A stretch of DNA of 64,000 bases from an uncultured Cytophagales bacterium (lineage in GTDB: Bacteria > Bacteroidota > Bacteroidia > Cytophagales > JAAEPT01). This document shows positions 1 to 9,519 of this stretch, piece by piece. The notes beneath the pieces are model-generated. The model made no database searches and had not been told where the DNA came from. It saw only the letters and a program-made list of their open reading frames with translations. Position 1 is the stretch's first letter. Each line of letters begins with the position of its first letter. Location of the stretch: the NCBI GenBank assembly GCA_963736575.1, contig CAVTPD010000001.1, positions 156,941 through 220,940 of the forward strand. Reading direction: 5' to 3'. Position numbers and translations under genes: made by a program.

Positions 1-615
1 GAAATTATGAAATTCTCCCTCCGCCGGGAGGAGTTTGAAAATCGGCCATGGGGAGCCGAAGTATCCCACGTCCGGCCTATCCTCTTCTTTCCAGCTATGG
101 CCGGTTGAAATCATCACGCTGTCGAAATTCCGCAATTTTCCGTCTGCATCAGCAATCCGCAGTCCGTCGGCCTTTTTGCGCTCCGAGATATCGGCGATTT
201 CGCAAGAGACAACCTCATGGAGTGTGATTCCACTCTCCGTAAGGCCTCTGATGATGTTCTCGTATTGCGCGTGGAGGTATTGTCCTAACGGCAGCCGCGG
301 ATAAACTTCCGATTCGTTCAACGTGGCCTTGTCGATACCCCAGCTTTCCAACTGCCTGGCGGATTGCGAATCCAACCACTCGTAAAGCGTTTGCGGCAGA
401 GTTGGAATTTCCTCAGAGGAAATATTCGACATGTTGAAGCGGTCTGTCGTTTCCGGGCTGTAAGGCATGCCACACCCAGCCAATCCGCTTCTTTCAAAAA
501 GAGTGATGGAATCAATGTAGGGACGGAGGATTTCCGCAGCGCAGCGGATATGGTGGAGCAGGTAGATGGTGGATGCCCCGGTTCCGATGATTGCGAGGTT
601 GCCGAGGTGTTTCAT
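1..615 (-). CDS. FAD/NAD(P)-binding domain protein, N-terminal part (gene runs off the left edge of the window)
   Basis: Own translation of the minus strand from the ATG at 615-613 gives MKHLGNLAIIGTGASTIYLLHHIRCAAEILRPY..., with a GxGxxG dinucleotide-binding motif. The frame stays open to position 1. It is absent from the ORF track because no stop lies in the window. Confidence 0.55.
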   Translation of the reverse strand, partial: MKHLGNLAIIGTGASTIYLLHHIRCAAEILRPYIDSITLFERSGLAGCGMPYSPETTDRFNMSNISSEEIPTLPQTLYEWLDSQSARQLESWGIDKATLNESEVYPRLPLGQYLHAQYENIIRGLTESGITLHEVVSCEIADISERKKADGLRIADADGKLRNFDSVMISTGHSWKEEDRPDVGYFGSPWPIFKLLPAEGEFHNF

Positions 616-730
616 AACTTACGTCATCCATCCGTTAGAAAGTCGGATTCGTCAAAAGGTATGGTCCGGACTTTTCAATTTATTCCACGGACTGGTTGCG
701 GAAAGGGCGGAGCGGTGTTGAATTTGCCGC

Positions 731-1252
731 ATGGTGGTTCCAGCAGATCCAATGGGAAAAAACGAAGAGCAGCCCGCTAAGGTGGAGGCGGATTTACGGC
801 ACATATATGTATCGGAGGGCCATGACTATTGGGGAAGGCGCGGAGAGGGACGATTGCAAAACGGAATCCGTGAGCTGGACGAAGTAGACTGCGTGGAGGG
901 AAAGGGTCTCGTTGGCGACCGCTACTTCGGATACCGGGCCGACTTCAAGGGGCAGGTGACGTTCTTCGATCTGGCGATCGTGGATTCCATACGGGAGATG
1001 TTCAAACTGCCCAAGCTACCCGCCTCCGTGTTTCGCAGAAATCTTGTCGTCGAGGGAGTCGACCTCCGCGGACTTCTCGGGCGGAAATTCGTTTTCCAAG
1101 GGGTAACGTTCGAGGGCTGCCAAGAGTGCCGTCCGTGCCACTGGATGGACCGGGTCATCGACGCCGGCGCGGAGGATTTCTTGAAAAAGGACTTCGGCGG
1201 CGGCCTCAGGGCGAAGGTAGTGACCTCCGGGACGTTGAGAATTTCCCGCTAG
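731..1252 (+). CDS. MOSC domain-containing protein
   Basis: 173-aa ORF. The ...RRNLVVEGVDL...FEGCQECRPCHWMD...GGLRAKV pattern fits the MOSC (Moco sulfurase C-terminal) family, including the conserved Cys. The real start may be the internal Met at 752. Confidence 0.75.
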   Translation: MVVPADPMGKNEEQPAKVEADLRHIYVSEGHDYWGRRGEGRLQNGIRELDEVDCVEGKGLVGDRYFGYRADFKGQVTFFDLAIVDSIREMFKLPKLPASVFRRNLVVEGVDLRGLLGRKFVFQGVTFEGCQECRPCHWMDRVIDAGAEDFLKKDFGGGLRAKVVTSGTLRISR

Positions 1253-1267
1253 GTCTCGGCCGAATCA

Positions 1268-2742
1268 TCAAGCGGGAACCCAGACGCTCACGGCCCCGGC
1301 AGGGCAGGGGAAATCTCCCCATCCGTCCTCACCAACCGCAACGTCACCTTGTGAGTGGCCGAGCGTGTCTCGAAAAGTGCGCCCGGCGTAGCGAGAACCC
1401 ATTTCCATCCTTTTCGATGCCTCGCCGGAGTTGCTCATGACAACGGCGCAGCCATCGTGTTCCTCATCACCCTGGCGTGTGAAGCCGACGCAATGGGCGT
1501 CGTCAAAATACACATACTGATCGCCGTAAGCGAAATCACGGCGGGCACGGATCAGCCCCTCGAGGCATCCGACCTTCGGCATTTCAATCTCGTATTCACC
1601 TCCATCGGCACCGTGGTCCTTGTATTTCGTCCCGAAAAGATCCGGATAGAACACACATGGATAACCTTCGGAGCGAAGAAGGATGAGCGCATAAGCAAGC
1701 GGCTTGAACCATGGGTTGACGGGAGCCTCAAGAGCTTGCAACGGCTGGGTATCGTGGTTTGCAACAAGGGTGACCGCAAAGAGCGGGTTCGCCATCATCA
1801 GCGAATTGTCGAGGATCACCCGAAGGTCGTAGGACTCTCCCTCGACGGCGGCGTTGTGGAGATTGTTATGCAGGGAAGAGTCGAAAAGCATCATCGAGCC
1901 GTCCACCGCATCGAGGTATTTTTGCAAAAGCGGCAGATCACCCGGTGCCCAGTATTCACCGACCGCGAAGATGTTTTCTCCAGTGTTCGACCGGAGCAGT
2001 TGCAGCCACTCCTTGTAGAACTCCGGCGACATGTGCTTTACCGCATCAAGCCGCACACCCTTGAAGTGGACCTGTTCGTGGAACCATTTTCCCCAGTAGT
2101 TCAGCTCCGCGCAGACGGACGGGTTGCGTGTCTCGATGTCGTTGAACATGAGATAATCGAAGTTGCCCTTTTCCTCACTGATTACCGTGTCCCAGTTGTC
2201 GCCGTAGTCATTGATAATGCGGTAGATGTTGTCCCCTTCCTCGCCCTCCGCGTAATCCACCCCGTGAAGCAGGTGAAATCCCATTTGAAATTCGAGTATT
2301 TCTCACCCCGTCCCGGAAAGGTGAACTTTGTATAGGACTCGATCTCAAATGGCGCGGAAATGCCCTTGTCGCGGTGCTCCGGGTCGACTTTCACAACATT
2401 GAAACGTTCCTTCTCGTCTCCGCCCCCCTTGTGATTCAGGACGATATCGACGATCACACCGATGCCGTTTTCATCGAGCTTCGCACAAGCGTTCAGGAAC
2501 TCCTCCCTGTTGCCGTATTTCGTGGGGATGGAGCCCTTTTGGTCGAATTCCCCGAGATCGAATAGATCGTATGGGTCGTAACCCGTGCTCAGGCCGCCGC
2601 CGGCTCCTTTGTAAGCGGGGGGTAGCCATGCCGCAGTAATGCCGAGGCTGGCGAGATACTCCGCCTGCTCGGCAGTGTGGTTCCAGAGGAAGGAATCACC
2701 GGGAGTGTACCAGTGAAAAAACTGGATCATGGTTGCGTTCAT
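1268..2742 (-). pseudogene. alpha-amylase, GH13 (cytoplasmic AmyA / Bacillus-type), split by one frameshift as sequenced
   Basis: ORF 2182-2742 (MIQFFHWYTPGD...DIVLNHKGG) and ORF 1268-2284 (GVRLDAVKHM...GEYW...VANHDTQP) carry the GH13 conserved regions in order. The frames join as FKWDFTCFTG|VDYAEG if the C4 run at 2260-2263 is one base short. Total length is 1475 nt, i.e. 3n-1. Confidence 0.85.
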
Positions 2743-2875
2743 ATTTTAAGGAAGCCGGAGGTGTGGTTCAAAGAAAAGGGCAACCGCAAAAGTGCGGTTG
2801 CCTTGTCTCAATGGAATCGATTTGTGAATTCCCTCAACAGGAATTTTCAATGGTGATGACGAATTTTTGGCAGCG

Positions 2876-4039
2876 TCAACGGGTGGCGATCACCTGCGAT
2901 GTGAAGCCTTTCAAATAGGACGTTTCCGGAAGGGTGATCAGGACGGGATGGTCCGGCCTCTGGGTGTGCTCCGCAACCAGCCGCAGGGACTTTTTCGCAT
3001 CGACTGAAGCGCTGGCGAGATTCTCCAGGAAAAGCTCCCGGGATGCGTGGTGTGAGCAGCAGAAAGTGGATAGCAATCCGTCTTTTTCCAGAAGCTTGAG
3101 AGCACGGAGATGTATTTCCTTGTAGCCGCGCATCGCATCCATGAGGGACTTTTTATTCTTCGTGAAGCTCGGAGGATCAAGAATGACGAGGTCGTATTCC
3201 GGTTTGGCTGATTTGAGGAAATCGAAGACGTTTGCTTCAATGACTTCAATTTCGAGCTGGTTCAGTTCGGCGTTTTTCCGAGCTGCGGCGCAGGCTGGGC
3301 CGGAAATGTCGACAGCGGTGACCTTGGCTGCTCCGGCTTTCGCGCATGCGAGGGCAAAGCCACCCTGATTGGTGAAGCAATCGAGAACGCGAAGGCCCTT
3401 GGAAAGTTTCGCGACTTCCGCGTGAGCCTGGAGTTGGTCGAGATAGAGGCCGGTTTTCTGCCCGTCGATGAGGTCGATTTCGTAGATGGTCCCATTGGCA
3501 TCGACATTGAAAGATCCCGGGTTTTCACCATGGATCAGAGTGATCGATTGCTCCATGCCTTCGGCTTTACGAGAGGGGGAATCATTGCGGAGCGTGATGG
3601 ACATCGGGTCCAGGACGGCGACCAGCGCATCGCGGATCAGGTCGACCCGCATATCCATCGCGAGGGTGGTGGTCTGGACGCAGAGGTGGTCACCGTATCG
3701 ATCAACGATGAGCCCCGGAATCCCATCGGACTCCGACCAGACGATCCTGCAAAGGTTTTCATCAAGTCCCGGTGTCTCGATTCTCAGGTTCAAAGACTGG
3801 CGGATGCGCCGGGTAAAGAAATCAAGATCCAGATCCTGTTTTCTTCGCGAGAATCGACGGGCGACGATTTGCGATGCGGGATTGTAGATGGCGGAGCCTA
3901 GCGGGCGGTCGCGAAAGTCCTTGAGCGAAATCACATCGCCGGGCTGTGGATTCCCGAAAGCTTTTTTTATTTCAGAAGCATAGATCCACTCGTGGCCGTG
4001 GAAAATTCGGGCACGGGGGGCGATAATAAGGCCGGGCAT
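2876..4039 (-). CDS. rlmI: class I SAM-dependent rRNA methyltransferase, RlmI family (23S rRNA m5C1962 type)
   Basis: 387-aa ORF with a PUA-like N-terminal part and a Rossmann methyltransferase core (VLDCFTNQGGFAL...VILDPPSF), as in the RlmI/YccW family. Confidence 0.8.
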   Translation of the reverse strand: MPGLIIAPRARIFHGHEWIYASEIKKAFGNPQPGDVISLKDFRDRPLGSAIYNPASQIVARRFSRRKQDLDLDFFTRRIRQSLNLRIETPGLDENLCRIVWSESDGIPGLIVDRYGDHLCVQTTTLAMDMRVDLIRDALVAVLDPMSITLRNDSPSRKAEGMEQSITLIHGENPGSFNVDANGTIYEIDLIDGQKTGLYLDQLQAHAEVAKLSKGLRVLDCFTNQGGFALACAKAGAAKVTAVDISGPACAAARKNAELNQLEIEVIEANVFDFLKSAKPEYDLVILDPPSFTKNKKSLMDAMRGYKEIHLRALKLLEKDGLLSTFCCSHHASRELFLENLASASVDAKKSLRLVAEHTQRPDHPVLITLPETSYLKGFTSQVIATR

Positions 4040-4102
4040 GGGCGCACTCTAGGTTTTAAAGGCCAGACTCCAAGGAATAAGAATCTTAGCCAATTGCCTC
4101 GG

Positions 4103-4900
4103 CTATTTTTCAAAGATGAGGAGATGCTGCCAAGGTAGGCCGGGCTTGTTTTCCAAAAAGGTGAAGCCTAGCGCTTCGAACTCGCGGATGGCCTGTGCGG
4201 CCGTCATCTTGTGGAGGCGCTTGATCGGGACTTCAGGATCCTCGGCCCGATACTCGAGGAGATAGATCTTTCCGCCCGGTTTGAGGGCGGTGTGTAGGGA
4301 ACGGAGCATCTCGGCAGGATGGGAAAACTCGTGATAGGCATCGACCATCAGGGCGGCATCAAGGCTGTCTTCCGGCAGTTCAAGTGATTCAATGGTGCCA
4401 AGATGCGGTCTGACGTTAGCGATCTCGAGTTTTTGAGATTCGGATTTCAGGTGGTCGAGCATTTCCTGCTGAATATCGACGGCGATGACCTCGCCATCCG
4501 GAACAAGGGGAGCGATCCGGAAACTATAGTATCCCGAGCCAGCACCGATGTCTGCGATCACCGTATCGGGCGCAAGATCGAGAAGTGCGATGGCTCTGGA
4601 AGGGGCTTCTTCCCTTTCCCGGGCATCACGTTCCAGCCAACCGATGCCAGGGTGACCCATGACATGCGAAATCTCCCGGCCCATGAACACCTTTCCGATT
4701 CCGTCCGGCGAAGCCTGGGTAAGGGTATATTCGGGAAAGCCTTTTTGCGCCTCATCGAGCGACGGTAGAAAGTCGTCGTCCACGGTTTTCGTAACCTCGT
4801 TTCTCAGCAGAACCAAGGGGATGAGGAAAATAGCGAGGAGGATGATGGGGATGAGAACAAGATATCGGGAGCTCATGGGAAGGGACCAAAATTGTTCCAC
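4103..4900 (-). CDS. membrane-anchored class I SAM-dependent methyltransferase
   Basis: 265-aa ORF with an N-terminal TM helix (YLVLIPIILLAIFLIPLVLL), SAM motif I (IADIGAGSGYYS) and a methyltransferase-type-11-like core. The start could be the Met at 4876. Confidence 0.7.
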   Translation of the reverse strand: MEQFWSLPMSSRYLVLIPIILLAIFLIPLVLLRNEVTKTVDDDFLPSLDEAQKGFPEYTLTQASPDGIGKVFMGREISHVMGHPGIGWLERDAREREEAPSRAIALLDLAPDTVIADIGAGSGYYSFRIAPLVPDGEVIAVDIQQEMLDHLKSESQKLEIANVRPHLGTIESLELPEDSLDAALMVDAYHEFSHPAEMLRSLHTALKPGGKIYLLEYRAEDPEVPIKRLHKMTAAQAIREFEALGFTFLENKPGLPWQHLLIFEK

Positions 4901-5031
4901 AGAATCGCGATAAATCCACTATGGTCCTCTCGATTGATGACCGGTGGGAGTGTGCCGAAAGGTAGTTCCGCTTTTCGCGCTATGAGGTTGACCGGGCATG
5001 GGGTGGCAGGTAATATCCCGGCAATTCGCCG

Positions 5032-5583
5032 TTGAACGACGGCATCGATTTCGTGGTTACCGATTGTCCCATACGAGTAGGAAATTTTGAAGGTTTCAGT
5101 TGGATTCGCTGCGAGGGCAAAGGTTCTTTCTTGAACAGTCCGGCGGTCAAGGAATTCGGCGAGTCGCGCATTTCGGCAGGCGAGAAGTGCGTCGTGATGG
5201 ATCTGGAGTCGTGCACTGGCATGGACTCGACGTTCATGGGCACGCTCGCAGGACTTGCCAGCAGGCTTTCGGAAAGGGGAGGTGATTTTCAAGTGGCGAA
5301 CGCAGGCGAGAAGAACAGGAATTCCTTGGAGGATCTGGGTTTGGATTTTCTGATGGAAATCGATCCGGCGGATGCGGTTTGGAAGGATGTGGAGGAAAAA
5401 GCCAAGGATTTCCTCGAGACCAAGGTTGCCGGGATGAAGGCCGGGACGGAGCTTCATTCGCGTCATGTGCTTGAGGCCCATCAGATTCTTTCCGACGCGA
5501 ACGAAGGAAATCGCGAAAAATTCTCAGGAGTGGTCAAGATGCTGGGTGACGAACTGGCGGAAAAATCACGCAATTCCCAATAG
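5032..5583 (+). CDS. STAS domain protein (anti-sigma-factor antagonist-like) with a C-terminal extension
   Basis: 183-aa ORF with a STAS-like core (VVMDLESCTGMDSTFMGTLAGL...LEDLGLD). Its stop abuts the start of the PP2C phosphatase gene (5583/5584). Confidence 0.65.
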   Translation: MNDGIDFVVTDCPIRVGNFEGFSWIRCEGKGSFLNSPAVKEFGESRISAGEKCVVMDLESCTGMDSTFMGTLAGLASRLSERGGDFQVANAGEKNRNSLEDLGLDFLMEIDPADAVWKDVEEKAKDFLETKVAGMKAGTELHSRHVLEAHQILSDANEGNREKFSGVVKMLGDELAEKSRNSQ

Positions 5584-7035
5584 ATGGCCGCCATGGATGA
5601 TTCCGCGTGGTGGACACTTGGCGTATGCCTGCTCTTAAGTGTGGTCCTGCTGTTTGCTTTGCAAAATCAGCGCCGAAAAGCGAAACGAATCCGGGCGGCC
5701 TTCCGTGCGATGGCGGGCGAAGAGGAGCGTATGTTTACGTTTCTTCACAATCTGGGCCTGGCCATCGGCAAGGAGCCGACCGATGGAGCTCTTTCGAAAA
5801 TGATCGTGGATGGTGTGTTAAAAGTCGTGGGCGCGCGGGGCGGTGCGATCTATTACGAGGCGGCGGATGCGGGTTTCCTGAATCCGGCCTATGTTTCGGA
5901 AGACTGCCCTCCGTTGGTAGCGATCCCGAAAGAGGTCGCTGAAAAAAACGAGGCGGATCCGAGAACACTGGAGAGCCACCTGCGGCGGGAGCGGGTTGCG
6001 ATCGATACAGGCATGATTGGAAAAGGCCTGAGCTTGGAAGAACCGGAACATGTGGCGGACGTGAAGAGCCACGAGGCAATGGTGGACCGCCCGGAGTTTT
6101 ATACGGATGATGTTTCCGCGATGGTTTCGCCCTTGCGTTACGCAGGAAGAGATCTGGGGGTCCTTGCCGTCGCGCGACGGCATGCCGACGGTCGATTTTC
6201 CCAAAACGATTTCGCGGTCTTTCGTTCCGTTGCGGAACAGTCCGCTTTCGCGATTGGCAATGCCCGCGTCCACAGGGACGCGAACGAGAAGAAAGCGATC
6301 GAGGGGGAGCTAAGAAACGCGCGCGAGGTGCAAAATGTTCTGCTGCCACAGGAGGACCCCAAGGTTGTTGGTTTCCGTGTGAACGGGACGAACCTTCCTG
6401 CGAAGATAATCAGCGGGGACTATTATGATTACATCGATCTGCATGATGGAAAGCTGGGCGTCGTCATCGCTGACGTCTCAGGAAAAGGGGTCTCGGCAGG
6501 GCTGCTTATGGCAATGTGCCGGAGCCTGTTGCGCGCCGTTTCACTTACCAACGCATCGCCTTCCGCTGTCCTTGCCGCAGTGAACGGATTTCTTTTTCCG
6601 GACATTCGCGAGGACATGTTCATCAGTCTCATCTACGGAATCCTTGATCCCGAGAGCGGGACCCTTACCTACGCAAGAGCAGGACACGAGCCTGCAATGG
6701 TGTTCCGAAAAAGCTCCGGATCCGTTGAGATCTCGAAACCCCGGGGCCTTGCCGTGGGTATCGATGGCGGGTCCGTCTTCGAGCGGGTGACGAAAGACGA
6801 AGTCCTTCATCTCAATTCCGGGGACTGCGTTCTCCTGTTTACCGATGGTGTCAAGGAGGCTCTAAACGCTCATGATGAAGAATTCGGAATGGAACGCCTG
6901 GCGGAGGTTTTTCGTAATGCGGCACCGATCGGTGCGGAGGCAATTGTGGATGGCGTCCAGGGAGCGGTGAGTGATTTCACGGGAGACGGGCCCCAACTTG
7001 ACGACGTGACAATCGTGGCGATCGAGAAGAGGTAA
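5584..7035 (+). CDS. GAF domain-containing SpoIIE/PP2C-family serine phosphatase (RsbU-like)
   Basis: 483-aa ORF with an N-terminal TM helix, a GAF-like middle region and a C-terminal PP2C region (ISGDYYDYI...VIADVSGKGVSAGLLMA...LLFTDGV...DDVTIVAIE). Confidence 0.85.
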   Translation: MAAMDDSAWWTLGVCLLLSVVLLFALQNQRRKAKRIRAAFRAMAGEEERMFTFLHNLGLAIGKEPTDGALSKMIVDGVLKVVGARGGAIYYEAADAGFLNPAYVSEDCPPLVAIPKEVAEKNEADPRTLESHLRRERVAIDTGMIGKGLSLEEPEHVADVKSHEAMVDRPEFYTDDVSAMVSPLRYAGRDLGVLAVARRHADGRFSQNDFAVFRSVAEQSAFAIGNARVHRDANEKKAIEGELRNAREVQNVLLPQEDPKVVGFRVNGTNLPAKIISGDYYDYIDLHDGKLGVVIADVSGKGVSAGLLMAMCRSLLRAVSLTNASPSAVLAAVNGFLFPDIREDMFISLIYGILDPESGTLTYARAGHEPAMVFRKSSGSVEISKPRGLAVGIDGGSVFERVTKDEVLHLNSGDCVLLFTDGVKEALNAHDEEFGMERLAEVFRNAAPIGAEAIVDGVQGAVSDFTGDGPQLDDVTIVAIEKR

Positions 7036-7056
7036 AGCCAAGAGATTTTCAAAAGG

Positions 7057-7573
7057 ATGACTGCGGAAACGAAAATGGGAGATCTGATGGCGGAGATGCC
7101 GGGTGCGCGGAGGGCGCTGTTTGCGAAATATCATCTCGGTGGCTGTCAGAGCTGTGCATTCGATGATTCCGAAACGGTCGGGCAACTATGTGAGAGGGCG
7201 GAGTTGGACGCGGAAGAGGTGATGGCGCATCTTTTGGAAAGTCATAAACATGACCTGACCATGCTGATGGAGCCCGGTGAGGTTGCTGCAATGGAGGATG
7301 TGATGTTCGTGGACGTGCGGACGCGGGAGGAATATCGAGGCGGTGAAGATCGAAGGCGCGCGATTTTTTACGCCGGAGCTTCAGGAGGAAATTTTCAAAC
7401 AGAAGCCGGGCGGGCTGGTGGTGTTATACGATCACACCGGAAAATACGTGCTCGATCAGGTCGCCTGGTTCAGGGGCCATTCCATTCAGAACGCTTTCGG
7501 CTTAAACGGTGGCATCGATGCCTGGAGCCGCGAAGTGGATGCCAAGGTGATGCGATACCGTGTCGAGGTATAG
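7057..7573 (+). pseudogene. DUF1858-like redox-domain + rhodanese-domain protein, one frameshift as sequenced
   Basis: ORF 7057-7686 starts MTAETKMGDLMAEMPGARRALFAKYHLGGCQSCAF... and loses sense after VDVRTREEY. The rhodanese part continues in ORF 7343-7573 (KIEGARFF...GGIDAWS). Removing one base at 7335/7336 restores EEYEAVKIEGA. Confidence 0.7.
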
Positions 7574-7630
7574 GATACCACTGCCCCAATAATTCCCGAG
7601 GGGCTCCAATTTTAATTTCAAAAATGGGAT

Positions 7631-9268
7631 CTACAAAGGAGGAAACGGCTGCTCAGAGATCACCCAGTCTTCGTTCTTCTCCGTGAAAGTTTTCATGGCC
7701 CAGTCGTGTGGGAAAAGGGCGACGAGCCAGCCGTTGGAATCTCGGGCTAGCGAAGTTCCCATTGAGAGGGCGGGTCGGGCCTCGGGGGCGAGAGGATCGC
7801 CATCGTTGGGTTTCAGCCAGCGGGCGATCGTCCAATCGGCAGGTTCGACGCGGGTCTCGGCTGCGTATTCGCCCTCGAGCCGGTGCTGAAGAACCTCAAA
7901 CTGCAGGGGTCCGACCGCTCCTAGCAGCACCCGTGAGGAAACTCCGGTATCCTCAAGAGGAGTGAACTCAGAGGCGACACCTTCTTTCAAAAGCTGCTCA
8001 AGACCGGATTGGAAGCGCTTGTATTTCGCGGTGGATTTGTTGGTCAGGTAGGAGAAACACTCCGGTGGGAACCGTGGAATTTCATCGAACTTCACCTCGG
8101 CGGAGGTGGCGAGGGTATCTCCGATGAGAAGATCGTAGTTTCCCACCAGCCCGACGACGTCCCCGGCGAAAGCATCATCGACGGTTTCGCGATCACGAGC
8201 AAAGAGGCGCTGAGAGTTTGCAAGTCTGACGTTCTCGCCCGTCCGGGTATTGAAAACGTTCATATCCCGCTCGAACTGTCCCGAAACGATCCTGATGAAG
8301 GCGACGCGATCCCTGTGCTTCGGATTCATGTTCGCCTGAATTTTAAAAACGAAGGCGGAAAATTCCTTCGAAGCCGGATTAATCGCATGGTCCTCGCTTT
8401 TTCGTGGAATGGGTGGTGGGGACAGTTCGAGGAAACGGTCCAAGAGCAACTGCACGCCGAAGTTGTTTGCGGCGGAGCCGAAGAAAACCGGAGTGAGCTT
8501 TCCGGCCAGGACCTCCCCGACGTCAAAGTCAGCACCCGCGCCTTCGAGGAGTTCAAGTTCGTCACAAACCTGAGCGTAGGTAATTTCATCCACCGTGTCT
8601 TTGACCGACTGGTCCTCGATGCCGGAGACGTTCACAGGCGCTCGGAAGGAACCGTGCACCGTTCGCTCAAAGAGATGGACCTTTTTGTTTTCCCTGTCGT
8701 AAACACCTTTGAAGCGAGGGCCGTCACCCAACGGCCAGTTCACCGGAAAAGCCGCAATCCCGAGGACTGACTCAAGCTCATCAAGGAGATCAAGCGTCGG
8801 CCGGGCCGGACGATCGAGCTTGTTCATGAAAGTGAAAATCGGAACACCCCGCCTCCGGCAGACTTCGAAAAGTTTCCGCGTCTGTGCTTCGATTCCTTTT
8901 CCCGCATCCACCACCATCACGGCGGCATCAACGGCCGTTAACACGCGATAAGTGTCCTCGGAGAAGTCTTTGTGCCCCGGTGTGTCGAGGATGTTGACCA
9001 CGCAGTCCTTGTATTCGAACTGAAGGACGGTTGATGAAACGGAGATCCCGCGTTGTTTTTCCAGCTCCATCCAGTCGGACGTCGTGGAGCGCTGGTTTTT
9101 CCGGGCCGTCACCGAGCCGGCGAGGTTCAGTGCGCCGCCGTAGAGGAGGAATTTCTCCGTAAGCGTTGTTTTACCAGCATCCGGATGGGAGATGATGGCG
9201 AAGGAACGACGGCGTTTCACCTCCTTTTCAAGAGCTGGGGAGGGGGTTGCGTAAGCGGAAAGTGACAT
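7631..9268 (-). CDS. prfC: peptide chain release factor 3
   Basis: Translational GTPase motifs (AIISHPDAGKTTLTEK, DTPGHKDF, NKLD) with RF3-like length and C-terminal domains. The ORF extends to 9322, but the Met at 9268 (MSLSAYATPS) is the more likely start. Confidence 0.9.
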   Translation of the reverse strand: MSLSAYATPSPALEKEVKRRRSFAIISHPDAGKTTLTEKFLLYGGALNLAGSVTARKNQRSTTSDWMELEKQRGISVSSTVLQFEYKDCVVNILDTPGHKDFSEDTYRVLTAVDAAVMVVDAGKGIEAQTRKLFEVCRRRGVPIFTFMNKLDRPARPTLDLLDELESVLGIAAFPVNWPLGDGPRFKGVYDRENKKVHLFERTVHGSFRAPVNVSGIEDQSVKDTVDEITYAQVCDELELLEGAGADFDVGEVLAGKLTPVFFGSAANNFGVQLLLDRFLELSPPPIPRKSEDHAINPASKEFSAFVFKIQANMNPKHRDRVAFIRIVSGQFERDMNVFNTRTGENVRLANSQRLFARDRETVDDAFAGDVVGLVGNYDLLIGDTLATSAEVKFDEIPRFPPECFSYLTNKSTAKYKRFQSGLEQLLKEGVASEFTPLEDTGVSSRVLLGAVGPLQFEVLQHRLEGEYAAETRVEPADWTIARWLKPNDGDPLAPEARPALSMGTSLARDSNGWLVALFPHDWAMKTFTEKNEDWVISEQPFPPL

Positions 9269-9333
9269 GAACGGGCGCGAGGGGATACGCGCTGGCGCGA
9301 AAAAGGTCAATGGCGCGGCCAACTTGAAAATGC

Positions 9334-9384
9334 GACGGCGGGTGCAGGGAGGCTTTCCTTTGCACCCGCCGTCTTGTTTCTTTT
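9334..9384 (+). terminator. strong stem-loop with T-rich tail (orphan intrinsic-terminator-like element)
   Basis: Perfect 13-bp arms, gacggcgggtgca (9334-9346) and tgcacccgccgtc (9361-9373), with a 14-nt loop, followed by ttgtttctttt. It lies between the divergent prfC and HD-hydrolase genes. Confidence 0.35.
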
Positions 9385-9519
9385 GGGGGGAATATGCAAC
9401 GCGGTTTCTGGCCGGAAGCCCGCGCTGACTTTGAAATCATGGCCCGGTTCCGGTTTCTTGCCTATTACGCGATAGCGTTACTTGCCTGATATTAAAGATG
9501 TTCGAAGTTTTCCGCCATT

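Noticed and set aside
4873-5481. 202-aa ORF antisense to the STAS gene (similarly 46848-47867, 10303-11169, 50794-51717 and other long antisense ORFs)
   Set aside because: They overlap genes with clear family signatures on the opposite strand and have no recognisable motifs. They show the amino-acid bias typical of antisense frames in GC-rich DNA.
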